DNA of 35,746 nucleotides, taken from the NCBI RefSeq assembly GCF_001194135.2, contig NC_068998.1:12257176-12292921 (forward strand), given 5' to 3'. The notes beneath the pieces were generated by a model that was not told the DNA's origin, ran no database searches, and worked only from the letters and a program-made list of their open reading frames with translations. The stretch comes from Octopus bimaculoides (Eukaryota). Position numbers and translations under genes: made by a program. Positions within the stretch are counted from its first letter, which is position 1. Every line of letters begins with the position of its first letter. Below are positions 23,673-33,699 of this stretch, one piece after another.

Positions 23673-24228
23673 GTCGTCAAAGACAAAATGAGTTTGAAAG
23701 CCCTGGTGAAATTCTCACAGCAAGTAGAGAAAGCTTTGTCTGCATGTGAAGAAAAAAGTCGAGTTAACAGCATCGGGCCTGAGTGTGAAACGCAGAATGG
23801 TGACAATAATGATTTGGCATCTGAATGTGGAACAAAAAGTAGCGACAGTAACAATGCGGCCTCCAAGTGTGGAACAGAAACTGACAATAATACCGTCACA
23901 TCAGAGTGTGGAACAGAAACTGACGGTAATACCGTCACATCAGAGTGTGGAACAGAAACTGACGGTAATACCGTCACATCAGAGTGTGGAAAAGANNNNN
24001 NNNNNAGAAACTGACGGTAATACCGTCACATCAGAGTGTGGAAAAGAAACTGACGGTAATACCGTCACATCAGAGTGTGGAAAAGAAACTGACGGTAATA
24101 CCGTCACATCAGAGAGTGGAACAAATATTGATGGGAGCAGTGTTGTGTCTGAGTGTGAAACAAAATCTGACAGCAATAATACAACATCTGAGTGTGACAC
24201 AAATGTTGACGGGAGCAATGCAGCATGA
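23673..24228 (+). CDS. NCAPG: NCAPG last coding exon VVKDKMSLKALVKF... with repeat-containing tail, stop TGA 24226-24228; the exon continues to a donor at 24260
   Basis: aatcaatag acceptor; VKDK..L.AL matches vertebrate VKDRTCLRAL. The apparent frame shift across the 10-N gap (23996-24005) is an assembly artefact because the repeat unit is a multiple of 3. Confidence 0.85.
23790..24225 (+). repeat. Coding minisatellite, 39-bp unit (ECG[T/K]ETDGNTVTS), degenerate at both ends, copy number uncertain
   Basis: GAAACTGACGGTAATACCGTCACATCAGAGTGTGGA(A/C)A recurs at a 39-nt period (23877, 23916, 23955, then 24007, 24046, 24085 after the gap). Confidence 0.95.
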
Positions 24229-24461
24229 AGATTGTGTGAAACTGCAAAATAAAATGAAGGTAAGTTAAACTGATGTCTAGTCAATTAAATCTGGTGATTA
24301 GTGCTGTGACTTGTTGGTTCTCTTAGGATACACTGTTAAATTGAAGTTTGTTTTCTACTGTTTAGGTCAGATCTGGTCTGTTTTTTTAACCCTTTAGCAT
24401 TTAGCTTATTCTGTTAAGTGTAATGCATATTTATTTACTTTGTTTTCAATTAATCATGCAT

Positions 24462-24850
24462 TGTTGTTGTTGGCACTCCGTCGCTTATGACGTCGAGGGT
24501 TCCAGTTGATCCGATCAACGGAACAGCCTGCTCGTGAAATTAACGTGCAAGTGGCTGAGCACTCCACAGACACGTGTACCATTAACGTAGTTTTCGGGGA
24601 TATTCAGCGTGACACAGTATGACAAGGCTGACCCTTTGAATTACAGGCACAACAGAAACAGGGAGTAAGAGTGAGAGGAAGTTGTGGTGAAAGAGTACAG
24701 CAGGGTTCGCCACCATCCCCTGCCGGAGCCTCGTGGAGCTTTTAGGTGTTTTTGCTCAATAAACACCCACAACGCCCGCTCTGGGAATCGGAATCGCGAT
24801 CCTATGACCGCGAGTCCGCTGCCCTAACCACTGGGCCATTGCGCCTCCAC
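24462..24850 (-). mobile_element. tRNA-derived SINE family D, full copy with (ACA)n tail
   Basis: 10-bp TSD AATCATGCAT at 24452-24461 and 24851-24860; most CpGs intact. Confidence 0.92.
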
Positions 24851-25267
24851 AATCATGCATTACCTTGTATCTTTGAGATTTTCACGATGTCATTGCTTAT
24901 TTTTAGAAGGACATTATAGATTAAATGTGAGAGGCTGCATCTGGCTGGTCTAAACATAAAACACAGAATATTGAGACTGAATATGGCCAGTTTGAATGGT
25001 AAAGGGGTTAAACAAATACATCATCGTCATCATTTAACATCCACTTTTCCATGCTTGTATGGGTTGGGAGGAATTTGTTGAGGCGAATTTTCTACAGCTG
25101 GATGTCCTTCCTGTCATCAGCACTCACCTGTTTCCATGTAAATTAATATTTCCTCAAGGCCAGACATGTTTTCACAGAAGATTGGAAACAGACACTGCTG
25201 TCATGGCAGTGACATTTGTTTGCAACTATCACATAGTCAAGACAAGCAGATAGTAACACACACACGT

Positions 25268-25308
<41 letters not shown>

Positions 25309-25863
25309 TATGATGGGCTTTATTCAGTTCCCATCTACCAAACCAACTCACAGTATTTTGGTTGGCCCAGGGCTGTAGTAGAAGATACTTGCCCAAGTTG
25401 TTTTGCCGTGACACTGAACCGGAGACCATGTGGTTGGGAAGCAAACTTCTTACCACTCAGTTACACATGCACCTATTTTTAATGTCTAATTTTTCTATGT
25501 TTGATGAAATAGATAAGAGTATATCGGGGAAGCGTTTTCTATGGCCAGATACCTTTCCTGACACCCACCTGCAGTTGTTACTGAGCAAGATAATAATTCC
25601 ACAACCTATCAAACAATGAATTGCCTGGACCTTGGTTATGCAAAGAACTAGAAACAATCAACATTATGCATAAACCTTCGTTTACAAAGATCATTTGACA
25701 TATTAAAGAAAGCATGTCTGGACATGCTTTCAAAGTGGATTGCAAGCAAATGACACTGTTTGAGGAACAGTGAGGCTTTCGTTTACAGGCAGCAAACATG
25801 TGGATAGTGAGGGGAAATACTTGCTCACTCACACAAGCCCACAAACTTGCACACATGCATGCA

Positions 25864-26200
25864 CATCATCATCGTCATCATCATCGTTTAACGTCCGTTT
25901 TCCATGCTAGCATGGGTTGGACGATTTGACTGAGGACTGGTGAACCAGATGGCTATGCCACGCTCCAATCTGATTTGGCAGAGTTTCTACAGCTGGATGC
26001 CCTTCCTAACGCCAACCACTCAGAGAGTGTAGCGGGTGCTTTTATGTGCCACCGGCACGAAGGCCAGTCAGGCAGTACTGGCAACGGCCACGCTCAAAAT
26101 GGTGTATTTTACGTGCCACCTGCACAGGAGCCAGTCCAGGGGCACTGGCAACAAACTCGCTCGAATGTCTTTTCACGTGCCACTGGCACAAGTGCCAGAA
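25864..26200 (-). mobile_element. Family A SINE
   Basis: Reverse complement of 7049-7325 with a (CAT)n tail. Confidence 0.85.
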
Positions 26201-26472
26201 AGGTGATACATAATATATACACACATATATGCTTATGGCCTTCACTGGCTCTGAAACTGGTAAGGTTAATGCTTTCGCTGTTCCTCTTGTAGTTTCAGTT
26301 ATAGAAAGCATGCCAAAGCTGACACCCAAGCTTGGTGCAACCCTGTGGCTTGTCAGATTCTGTTAAACCATCTAACCCATGCCATCATGGAAAAACAGAT
26401 GTTAAAAGATGATGTTGAGGACGATGATTTAATTGAAATTGTAATTATGTTTTGTTGTTTTGTTTATTTCAG

Positions 26473-27290
26473 ATACTGAAGCTTAATATTAATGCCAACA
26501 ACGCCATGTAACCAATTGTAGTTCTGTCTTTATTGAAGAATTCCAAGTTTATTTATCTTCAACTACTCTTTCAAACTCAACAGTTAACAAGGCAGACTGT
26601 AGAGCTGATCAACCAAGCTGAAGTTTCAAAATCCATCTGAATCCTTTTCATATATTTTATATACTTGTGAAATTTCTTTAAAAACAACAACTTTGTGTAT
26701 TGAGTATTGAGTTTCCCCAGAGTCAGCTTTTGGTTGTGTTCTGGACTTGAACCGAGTAACATTCTACAAGACCTACCACAAATTAATCGGTGTTCACAAT
26801 ACAATATAATCATAATACTACACTATGTAAATCCTATGCCATTGCTAGTTTTTTTAATCCTCCTCTCTTTAGTGATGCTATTACTGATTTTTTAAAACAC
26901 TTTTCTCTTCTATGTGATTTTGTCCTTGTGCACATCTTGAAGAAGCAACCTTGTTGAAACTTCTGAATGGAGCAATGTTTTGTTTTATTGGATACCAGTT
27001 CTGTGACTTAGGAATCAGAAGCTTCTGGTATTTCAGCAACATACAGAGCTGAGAATATGGTGTGAGTGAACTGTGTACTGTGAAATGTGATGTGAATGTT
27101 TTAGCATACAGTTGTCCTGTTAATTGTTTTTAATTTAGATATACAAGGTGTGCAGTTTCGAGAGGAGGGTTAATCAGTTACATTGACCTCAGTACTTGAC
27201 TGACAGTTTATATTATGGTGGAGTTGTCATTATAATAAAATGTATCACTTCATAACTGAAAATAAAATTTAAAAAAAAATTGTATTGCTG
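26473..27290 (+). other. NCAPG: Probable NCAPG terminal 3' UTR exon with polyadenylation signals
   Basis: Strong donor AAG|GTAAGT at 24259/24260 and acceptor ttgttttgtttatttcag at 26472; AATAAA at 27234 and 27261 followed by T/GT-rich sequence. Confidence 0.55.
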
Positions 27291-27321
27291 GTTTCTATTT
27301 TTTTTTATATTCATTCCTTCT

Positions 27322-27324
<3 letters not shown>

Positions 27325-27362
<38 letters not shown>

Positions 27363-27370
27363 TGGACATT

Positions 27371-27413
<43 letters not shown>

Positions 27414-27445
27414 CCTACCTACCTACCTACCTACCTACCCATCCA
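27325..27445. repeat. (CA)n and (CTAC)n microsatellites; others are (TA)n 1638-1665 and 2379-2400, (CA)n 25255-25303, (ATT)n 28530-28558
   Basis: Directly visible. Confidence 0.95.
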
Positions 27446-27505
27446 CCCATGGTGTTATGGAATGAGCTGTTGATGGTGGTCAGAGTGTGCAACCTTTGCC
27501 ATCGA

Positions 27506-28188
27506 TCGCATTTTAGAAGTTATTTCCTGTTAAAGTTGTCGTATTTGGGTTATTTCAACCAATCAACGATGTGTATTCGGTTGAAGAAAGCTACCGCTGT
27601 TTGCGATAGTAATCGAAGAGGAACAACTTCCGGGTCATTTCTATTAAATGTCACCACTCTGAAAAATCAACACCACAGAGCAACGAGTTCGCAGCTAGCT
27701 TTTTTGTTGTTGACGTGTATGTAGTTTCAAAATGCCTTATTTTACATCTATGAGATGTATTGTTATTGTCATGACTTTATCTTAATATAATCAACAACAA
27801 GCACATTTCATCAAATTAAAAGTCTTTATTAGATAAAAAATACCATTATCAAAACACGAAGGTAAAACAAAACAAGTAACGGTTTATACACCGGATAATA
27901 CGGAAATTGTAGTGGTAGTGACCAGTTCGGTTGCTAGTTGATAGTGTAGAAGGGAGGGAAAGAGCAAGGAATGCATGGTGCTGACTAGAAAGGATAAAGG
28001 TGACATCGTCTTCGCTCACCGTACGAATAAAACAGAGTGGTGACATTTAGTAGAGATGACCCGGAAGTTGTTCCTCTTCGATTACTATCGCAAACAGCAG
28101 TAGCTTTCTTCAACCGAATACACGTCGTCGATTGTATGAAATTACCCAAATACGACAACTTTAATACGAAATAACTTCTAAAATACGA
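27506..28188. repeat. Long inverted repeat: arms 27506-27661 and 28033-28188, 371-bp spacer
   Basis: Manual alignment of the left arm to the reverse complement of the right arm gives 156 bp, 11 mismatches, no indels. Confidence 0.95.
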
Positions 28189-28526
28189 GATTTTGTCAAA
28201 AATATTCAGAGTAAACTGTGTTCTATGTGAGAAATTCTACCAGTATTCGAAGTTTCAAACTGTTTAGTTAAAAAAACAAAAAAAAACAAACTAATTAAAA
28301 AATCTGTGATTGAGATGGAATAGATCCAAATAGATCCATATTTACTTAATACTCGTCGGCCATTAATATACTGGAATTTCTACTTTCGGGAAAAAGAAAA
28401 TACAAAAATCCTTCTATTTTGTCTGACAACTTCTGATAGCAACCCCCCCCCCCAAATTACTTAAAATTCAAAATATGCCTTGAATAGTGACGTGTTCTAG
28501 TCATTGTGTTGTCTTAATCGTCATCG

Positions 28527-28558
<32 letters not shown>

Positions 28559-28819
28559 TAACCGCCGAGGTCGACTTTGTCTTTCATCCTTTCGGGGTCG
28601 ATGTAATCGACTTACCCCCACCAAAAAAAAGAAAAAAAGAAATTACTGGGCCCTGTTCCAAAATTTTATATCATTATTATGTCTATATCCAATCCTCAGT
28701 TACATCTCAAATAATCAATTATACAACTGTGGGTCTGAGAACAGGGGTTGTTTTGTGTCACACTAGAAGACATTTTGAAACTTTGTAAATAGCGTTAGAA
28801 AAATTCGCAGAAAATTTCT

Positions 28820-29470
28820 ATCAGGTATTGCGTCTATATCCCTTTCATTACCGTCAACCATTGCACCGAAGAACTAAGGCCATCGGCTCTGACTATATCC
28901 CTTTCATTACCGCCAACCATTGCACCGAAGAACCAAGGCCAGCAGTTCTGACTATAACTCTTCCATTGCACTCAACCATTATTTGACATTTCTTTCTCTG
29001 CAGGCAATCTATTCCTGTTTTTTAAAGCATTCTATACTGTATCCCGTTCATAAGAATGCTAACTTTTATAATCCTGTTAACTGCCGACCTGTGGTTATCG
29101 CAACCAACATCTCAAAGGTAATGGAAATATTCCGTTAGAAATGTTATAGTTGCTTTTGGGCACTTTTTACGTTACACCACAATGGAGGTCTCTGTTACAG
29201 AAGTTTCGTAGAAGTATTGTTGTAGCGTTTGAAAGCCGCAGATCATTTAAGAGTATATGGCACAAGAACTTTCTTGCTACTTTGCTTGACTTTGGACCAC
29301 ATCAGATAATTTGGGTTGAGTTTCTCCTCATTTACGTTGGAAACTTTGTCAGACCATACAATTGACTCATGGGCTAACTGGGCTGTCTTTGATACTCTTC
29401 TGTCTTTGGTATGCTACAAAGTCCTGTTTTCCCACCACACATTTCTTTCTGAACATTCGCGACATTATCC
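28820..29470 (+). mobile_element. Decayed CR1/Jockey-like LINE reverse transcriptase fragment
   Basis: IPFITVNHCTEEL, LYPVHKNANFYNPVNCRPVVIATNISKVME (PV-x-KK...NYRPI..SKVME motif), VVAFESRRSFKSIWHK (ALDISKAFDRVWH motif) and an SPTLF-like segment. Confidence 0.7.
28834..28980 (+). repeat. 59-bp tandem repeat, about 2.5 copies, derived from LINE sequence
   Basis: ctata... starts at 28834, 28893 and 28952. Confidence 0.9.
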
Positions 29471-30330
29471 TAAATTCTAATGTCCCAGTATGGACGAAGA
29501 CAAAACCAATAAAAGAACATTCTGTAAAAACATTCACAACTCTAATAATAATTATTGTCATTCGTATATTCGTTCTCATTACAACGTTCTGCCGATCATC
29601 ACATCACATCAGCATTATTTTGTTATGAGTTGTGCTGCAGTCAATGAAATAGGTCTTAAGTTGTCAATCTAAACTGTCACTCCACTTAGCATCACTTCTA
29701 GGAAATCAAATTCCTCTATCAGAGTTTCTATCCCATGGCAAGCAAGCATCTGAACTAAGTCTCTTGGGTGAAGATAAGTCGGTATCTTGATGCCCTGCTT
29801 CCCATTGCAGTCAGATGCAAGCCGTGGGTTTTTCCCTTACTCGAACCGATCCCAGAGACACTACAGACGTCATGCATGTCGTCGTTACTCATCTGACAAA
29901 ACCACAAAACAAATCAAGAAGCTCATTATGCAATGTACACCTTAAAGCTGGTGTGTGCTTTGAAATAGATTTGGTTGCTATTTATTAGAGGCTGGTCAAC
30001 TGAGTTTATGATCTCTCCCCCCCACTCTCTCTTCGTGCTCGTCTCGTTTCATCGTTGTTGTAGCTGTAATCTTGGAATTAACAAAGTATAGTCTTTGCTT
30101 CATTGTACACTGAAAACAATCCGTGATTGTCAAATTTAATTTGATAAGATAACCTACAGTTACATATTCTGAACACTGTTTTTCTTTTAGTTTTTCAATG
30201 GAAACTGTTTGATTTGAAGGAAATATGCATACCAGTCATTTAAGTGAAAAGCTACTTGTTTAAATATATTGGAAATGTGTGCCACCCGTTAAAGATTATA
30301 AATCGATGACTTTTGAAGAAATTCTGTATT

Positions 30331-31383
30331 TTATTTATGATCTGAATGGAAAATTTTGCGAAATAAATTATTTAATTCAGTACGAAACTTTTGGCAGAAA
30401 ACTCCGTAAACATACGGGTTAAGAGCACTGCTGACGTAAAAAGAACACAGTAAATATTTGTAAAGGGCGTTTTCTTTATGACTTGCAGTTTCATTAAAAC
30501 TTTTTATAGAGAGCCTAAAGAATACTGCCGCAAAATGTGGAAGATAACTGATGATCCAAATCAAGCTGATAGTGGACAGAATAAAATTTGTCCGAACCGG
30601 GTGCATTGATTGTCTTTCATCTCTTGTAGGAGAAGGAATTTCAAGAAATCTACTATTTATATATATACTTTTAGTGAGCGTTGAACTGGTATAAAGTTTA
30701 TGAATTATATTTTTCTTTGCTTTGTAAATTTTCCCAATACGTATTCCAATCAGCGCATATATTAAGAACAGCATAAGAAATGCACTGAAGCTACCGCCCG
30801 TTAGGAAAATATAATAGCCTATAACAAGATCTGAACTCTCAGAAAGTGAGCATACTTCACCAATATTTCCACAATGTTTGGCCATTCTTTTATTTTTGAA
30901 GTATACAAATGGTATTACTATAGTAGTAATAGCTGCCGCGATTACTAAGAATGCTACAATTTTCTTTGATTTCTGAACAGAAATTTGAGGTTGAAAGGAT
31001 CGGCATACACGCATATACCTGTCGACTGATATAATGCATATAATGTAAGCTGAAATGACTATTGCTGTAGACACAATATAGCGTATCAAGCGACATGCAA
31101 TATCACTGTGAAAAGTGAAAGAAAAATGAAGAATCACCATTTCCATTGGTATGCATATTATGCAAGTCAGAAAATCGTTCATTGCGAGTGCTACAACGAA
31201 TACTTGTGTGGAAGTAATCTCAAATTTATAATAGTATACATAAGCTAAAATACAATTTCCAATTCCCCCAGCTATCATAGTAAATATGAGACATGTTATT
31301 ACTGGAAAATAAACATCCACCATTTCAGCATTTAGTTCTTCCAAGATATTGATACAATCGTCAACGCTATTGTTTTTACCCAT
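30331..31383 (-). CDS. Class A (rhodopsin-like) 7TM GPCR, orphan neuropeptide-receptor-like, 350 aa from MGKNNSVDD; the conserved 7TM coding region is intronless
   Basis: TM1 GGIGN, TM2 LAMND, Cys before TM3 (ACR), SVDRY, TM6 WIISYLP, TM7 NPYVY and helix 8 KFRTEL. The ORF-track start at 31485 is GTG, not ATG; the first ATG is at 31383. Confidence 0.92.
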   Translation of the reverse strand: MGKNNSVDDCINILEELNAEMVDVYFPVITCLIFTMIAGGIGNCILAYVYYYKFEITSTQVFVVALAMNDFLTCIICIPMEMVILHFSFTFHSDIACRLIRYIVSTAIVISAYIICIISVDRYMRVCRSFQPQISVQKSKKIVAFLVIAAAITTIVIPFVYFKNKRMAKHCGNIGEVCSLSESSDLVIGYYIFLTGGSFSAFLMLFLIYALIGIRIGKIYKAKKNIIHKLYTSSTLTKSIYINSRFLEIPSPTRDERQSMHPVRTNFILSTISLIWIISYLPHFAAVFFRLSIKSFNETASHKENALYKYLLCSFYVSSALNPYVYGVFCQKFRTELNNLFRKIFHSDHK

Positions 31384-31486
31384 TTTCTTCTTTTTTCTCC
31401 GAATTCTTTGAAATATCTTATGAGATCTTGAAAATACTCGTTTGGTAATGATGTTTCTTGTGCTTTCTGAAATGATAGAGAACACA

Positions 31487-31505
31487 ACTGCATAAATAAA
31501 GTATT
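31487..31505 (-). promoter_or_regulatory. 3' splice acceptor 104 nt upstream of the GPCR ATG
   Basis: Minus strand reads tactttatttatgcag|TTGTGTTC, with AG at 31489-31488. Confidence 0.6.
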
Positions 31506-31936
31506 TTAGCTAGAAAAAAAAAACAAAAACAAAAAACAAAGCACCCCAAAACATTGAAATATTAAGTGTTCCCGAAAGATTAAATCAATGTGGATTTATA
31601 AAATAAGGAATGTATTTATCGAAGAAAGAGAGGAATTATTCAGAAGTTTTCTGAATGGATATCGGTGTATAAATACAATGTGGTTATATATTAAATGTCA
31701 TATATCAACTAGCAAGTAAACAGGTATAGTATACGCTTTGTTACTTGCATAGTATAACACCAAAAAGCGTACATATTCACTGACATCCTTGTTAAGAGTC
31801 AGACGTCATTCAAACATTGAGAACATGGTATTCAAACTAAATTTATATGTATGCAAGCAATATTTTGACAATGAACTTATAAATATTCTTAGTGGACAAT
31901 GAATGTTTGATTTTGTATTGAGTGATATTATTCTAT

Positions 31937-32305
31937 TAGGAGCAGGCACGGTTATCCTGTGGGAAAGTCTGCCTCATAATTTTCCTGGTTCGATCTCTCT
32001 TCGTACAATGTGCTTTCTACGTTAGTTTCTTGTTCATCCATGTGCCGTGAGTTAAACTGAAGATCTACGTTGAGGTGTCAAGTGCGTACATACATATGTA
32101 CACACACACACACACACACTCGGTGTTGGTGTGTTTATGTCTCCGTAACTTAGCGGTTCGGCAAAAGAGACCGATATAATAAGTACTAGGCTTAAAGAAA
32201 AAAATCCTAGGATCGATTTGTTCCACTAAAACCTTTCAAGTCGGTGCCCCAGCATGGCCGCAGTCAGATAACTGAAACAAGTAAGAGAATAAAAGATAAA
32301 GATAA
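31937..32305 (+). mobile_element. Composite SINE family C (tRNA-like head, internal (CA)n, conserved 3' domain)
   Basis: Head-related copies at 1508-1640, 6515-6630, 10540-10625, 10755-10905(-), 11680-11825, 18700-19040 and 25300-25455(-); the 3' domain (gtaacttagcggttcggcaaaagagaccgat...cagcatggccgcagtc) also occurs at 2490-2650, 21130-21290 and 9220-9310(-). Confidence 0.7.
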
Positions 32306-33699
32306 ATTATTTGTAGGCAAGTAAAAGTTTGCATTCATCATGCCTTATGGCTAATGAACCGAGAAATTATTAACTATTCGGTACTAATAAAGGAAAAGAA
32401 AAAAAAAAGAAAAACAAAACGAAAAGAAACTCTACATTATGAATATTCTCACCGAAATTCTCTTTGAGTCAGTAGAAAAACTACATAATAGGAAGATAGT
32501 AAGAATATTTCAAATGGTTGATGCACGACATCTCTCGTTAAGAATAAAATAAACCCAAATAGTAAAAATATTTTAGTCGATTGTGTACTCTCGTATTTTG
32601 TACAGGATTTACATACTCGAGGTTTACACATAATGTATCATGTTTACACTCATATTTCCACTACATGTAACATACGAACAACTTTATATGAATTGGAAGT
32701 AAACTGCCCTAAATGCACAGGACCTAGTTGTTGTTTGTGAAATCTCATAACGTTTGGACAGAGTTATCTTAATACAAATCTAGACAAAAAAACAATGCAG
32801 GGCATATCAAGACACTAGAAGATGACACTAACTTTGAGAAAGAAAACAGCTTCTTCTGGAGAAGCTGGTGTTACCTCTCATCACATTTTAGCTTCACTGG
32901 TTATGATGATTACAATTATATTGGAAATACGATTATAATTATATCATAATCACAATTATATATTAATATAAATGTAATTTATTTACTCAAAATCTTTGGC
33001 GATAAACAACTTTGGATATGAATTTCTGTGAACAATTTTTTCTTGCTGACTTCTGCGAAGAATCCTAAAATTTTTAAATCTTTGCTTGAAGTTCGCAACG
33101 TGGTTTCAATAGTGACGTGTTTTAGTTGTGCCGTCATAATTATTATCACATTTATATGAAATCTTCAATTATTTCTTAAATAACCAATACAAATAATTTT
33201 AGAACCTTATGCTGTTTTTTTTGTCAGGCTAGAAAATACTTTGAAACTAAGTATGGTCTTAGGAAAATTCGTTGAAAATTTGTTGGAGTCTTGAGGAGAA
33301 CGTTTCTGTTGTGACTTCCGTTTATTATGTTTCTATAAATGAAATTTTGGCACTAAGTTTTTCATTACAGCTTTTGCAAAATTGTACTTATTATGCATAC
33401 CTACAAGTATTGTTACTTGAGTACACTTTCTTGTTTTGATAAAAATTATTAACGTGCTTTATTGCTATTATTTTCTAAAATACATAGGCATGTAATAATT
33501 TACTTGGGTTTGCTGCAAGATTTCACATTTCAACCGGACATATGATGTTCGTTCACATTTGTTAGGTACGGTCTGTGTTTTTATATCCGGAACTATATCC
33601 TTAATAACATTTAATAGATACAGTGAAGACGCTTATATTCTACCAGTCCCACGCATATATGCCAAGTGCAAAAACCTATTTAGTAATTTCTAACCAACA

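Larger units (their letters stand above)
1261..27290 (+). other. NCAPG: NCAPG / CAP-G (condensin I HEAT-repeat subunit, Cnd3/Ycg1 orthologue) gene span; 14 visible coding exons plus a 3' UTR exon; at least 2 exons missing from the assembly
   Basis: Hand-spliced GT-AG exons are phase-compatible and give recognisable CAP-G motifs in the correct order: RYRCCQLTNKLL, LQNPEDENCPII, ENDSHAAVRRAV, LAEKVNIRALSISQR, VRNLGLKCLGLC, ALKAIFDILLVFG, AAEGLAKLLLAG, LILLWFNP, NAPASSPLSKVD, VCNEILSNP. Similarity is to vertebrate NCAPG as recalled from memory. Confidence 0.95.

Noticed and set aside
23877-24120. CRISPR-like appearance (palindromic repeats of about 39 bp)
   Set aside because: Units are head-to-tail with no unique spacers, lie in frame within a eukaryotic exon, and there are no cas genes.
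3853-24850. tRNA genes at SINE heads
   Set aside because: A/B boxes are present, but they run into SINE bodies with TSDs and no complete cloverleaf was established.
27280-27724. His/Thr-repeat ORFs (also 25166-25456)
   Set aside because: Translations of (CA)n and (CTAC)n microsatellites.
29780-29975. Possible piggyBac C-terminal Cys-rich remnant (CNVHLKAGVCFE)
   Set aside because: Only a few residues match, with no TTAA or TIR support.
31384-31485. Mitochondrial-targeting-like basic N-terminus of the 384-aa ORF
   Set aside because: The first codon is GTG immediately after a splice acceptor, so it is not a supported start; treated as UTR or as part of the spliced isoform.
32847-32868. 8-bp hairpin CAGCTTCT-TCTGG-AGAAGCTG
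   Set aside because: An isolated short stem is expected by chance in 35 kb.
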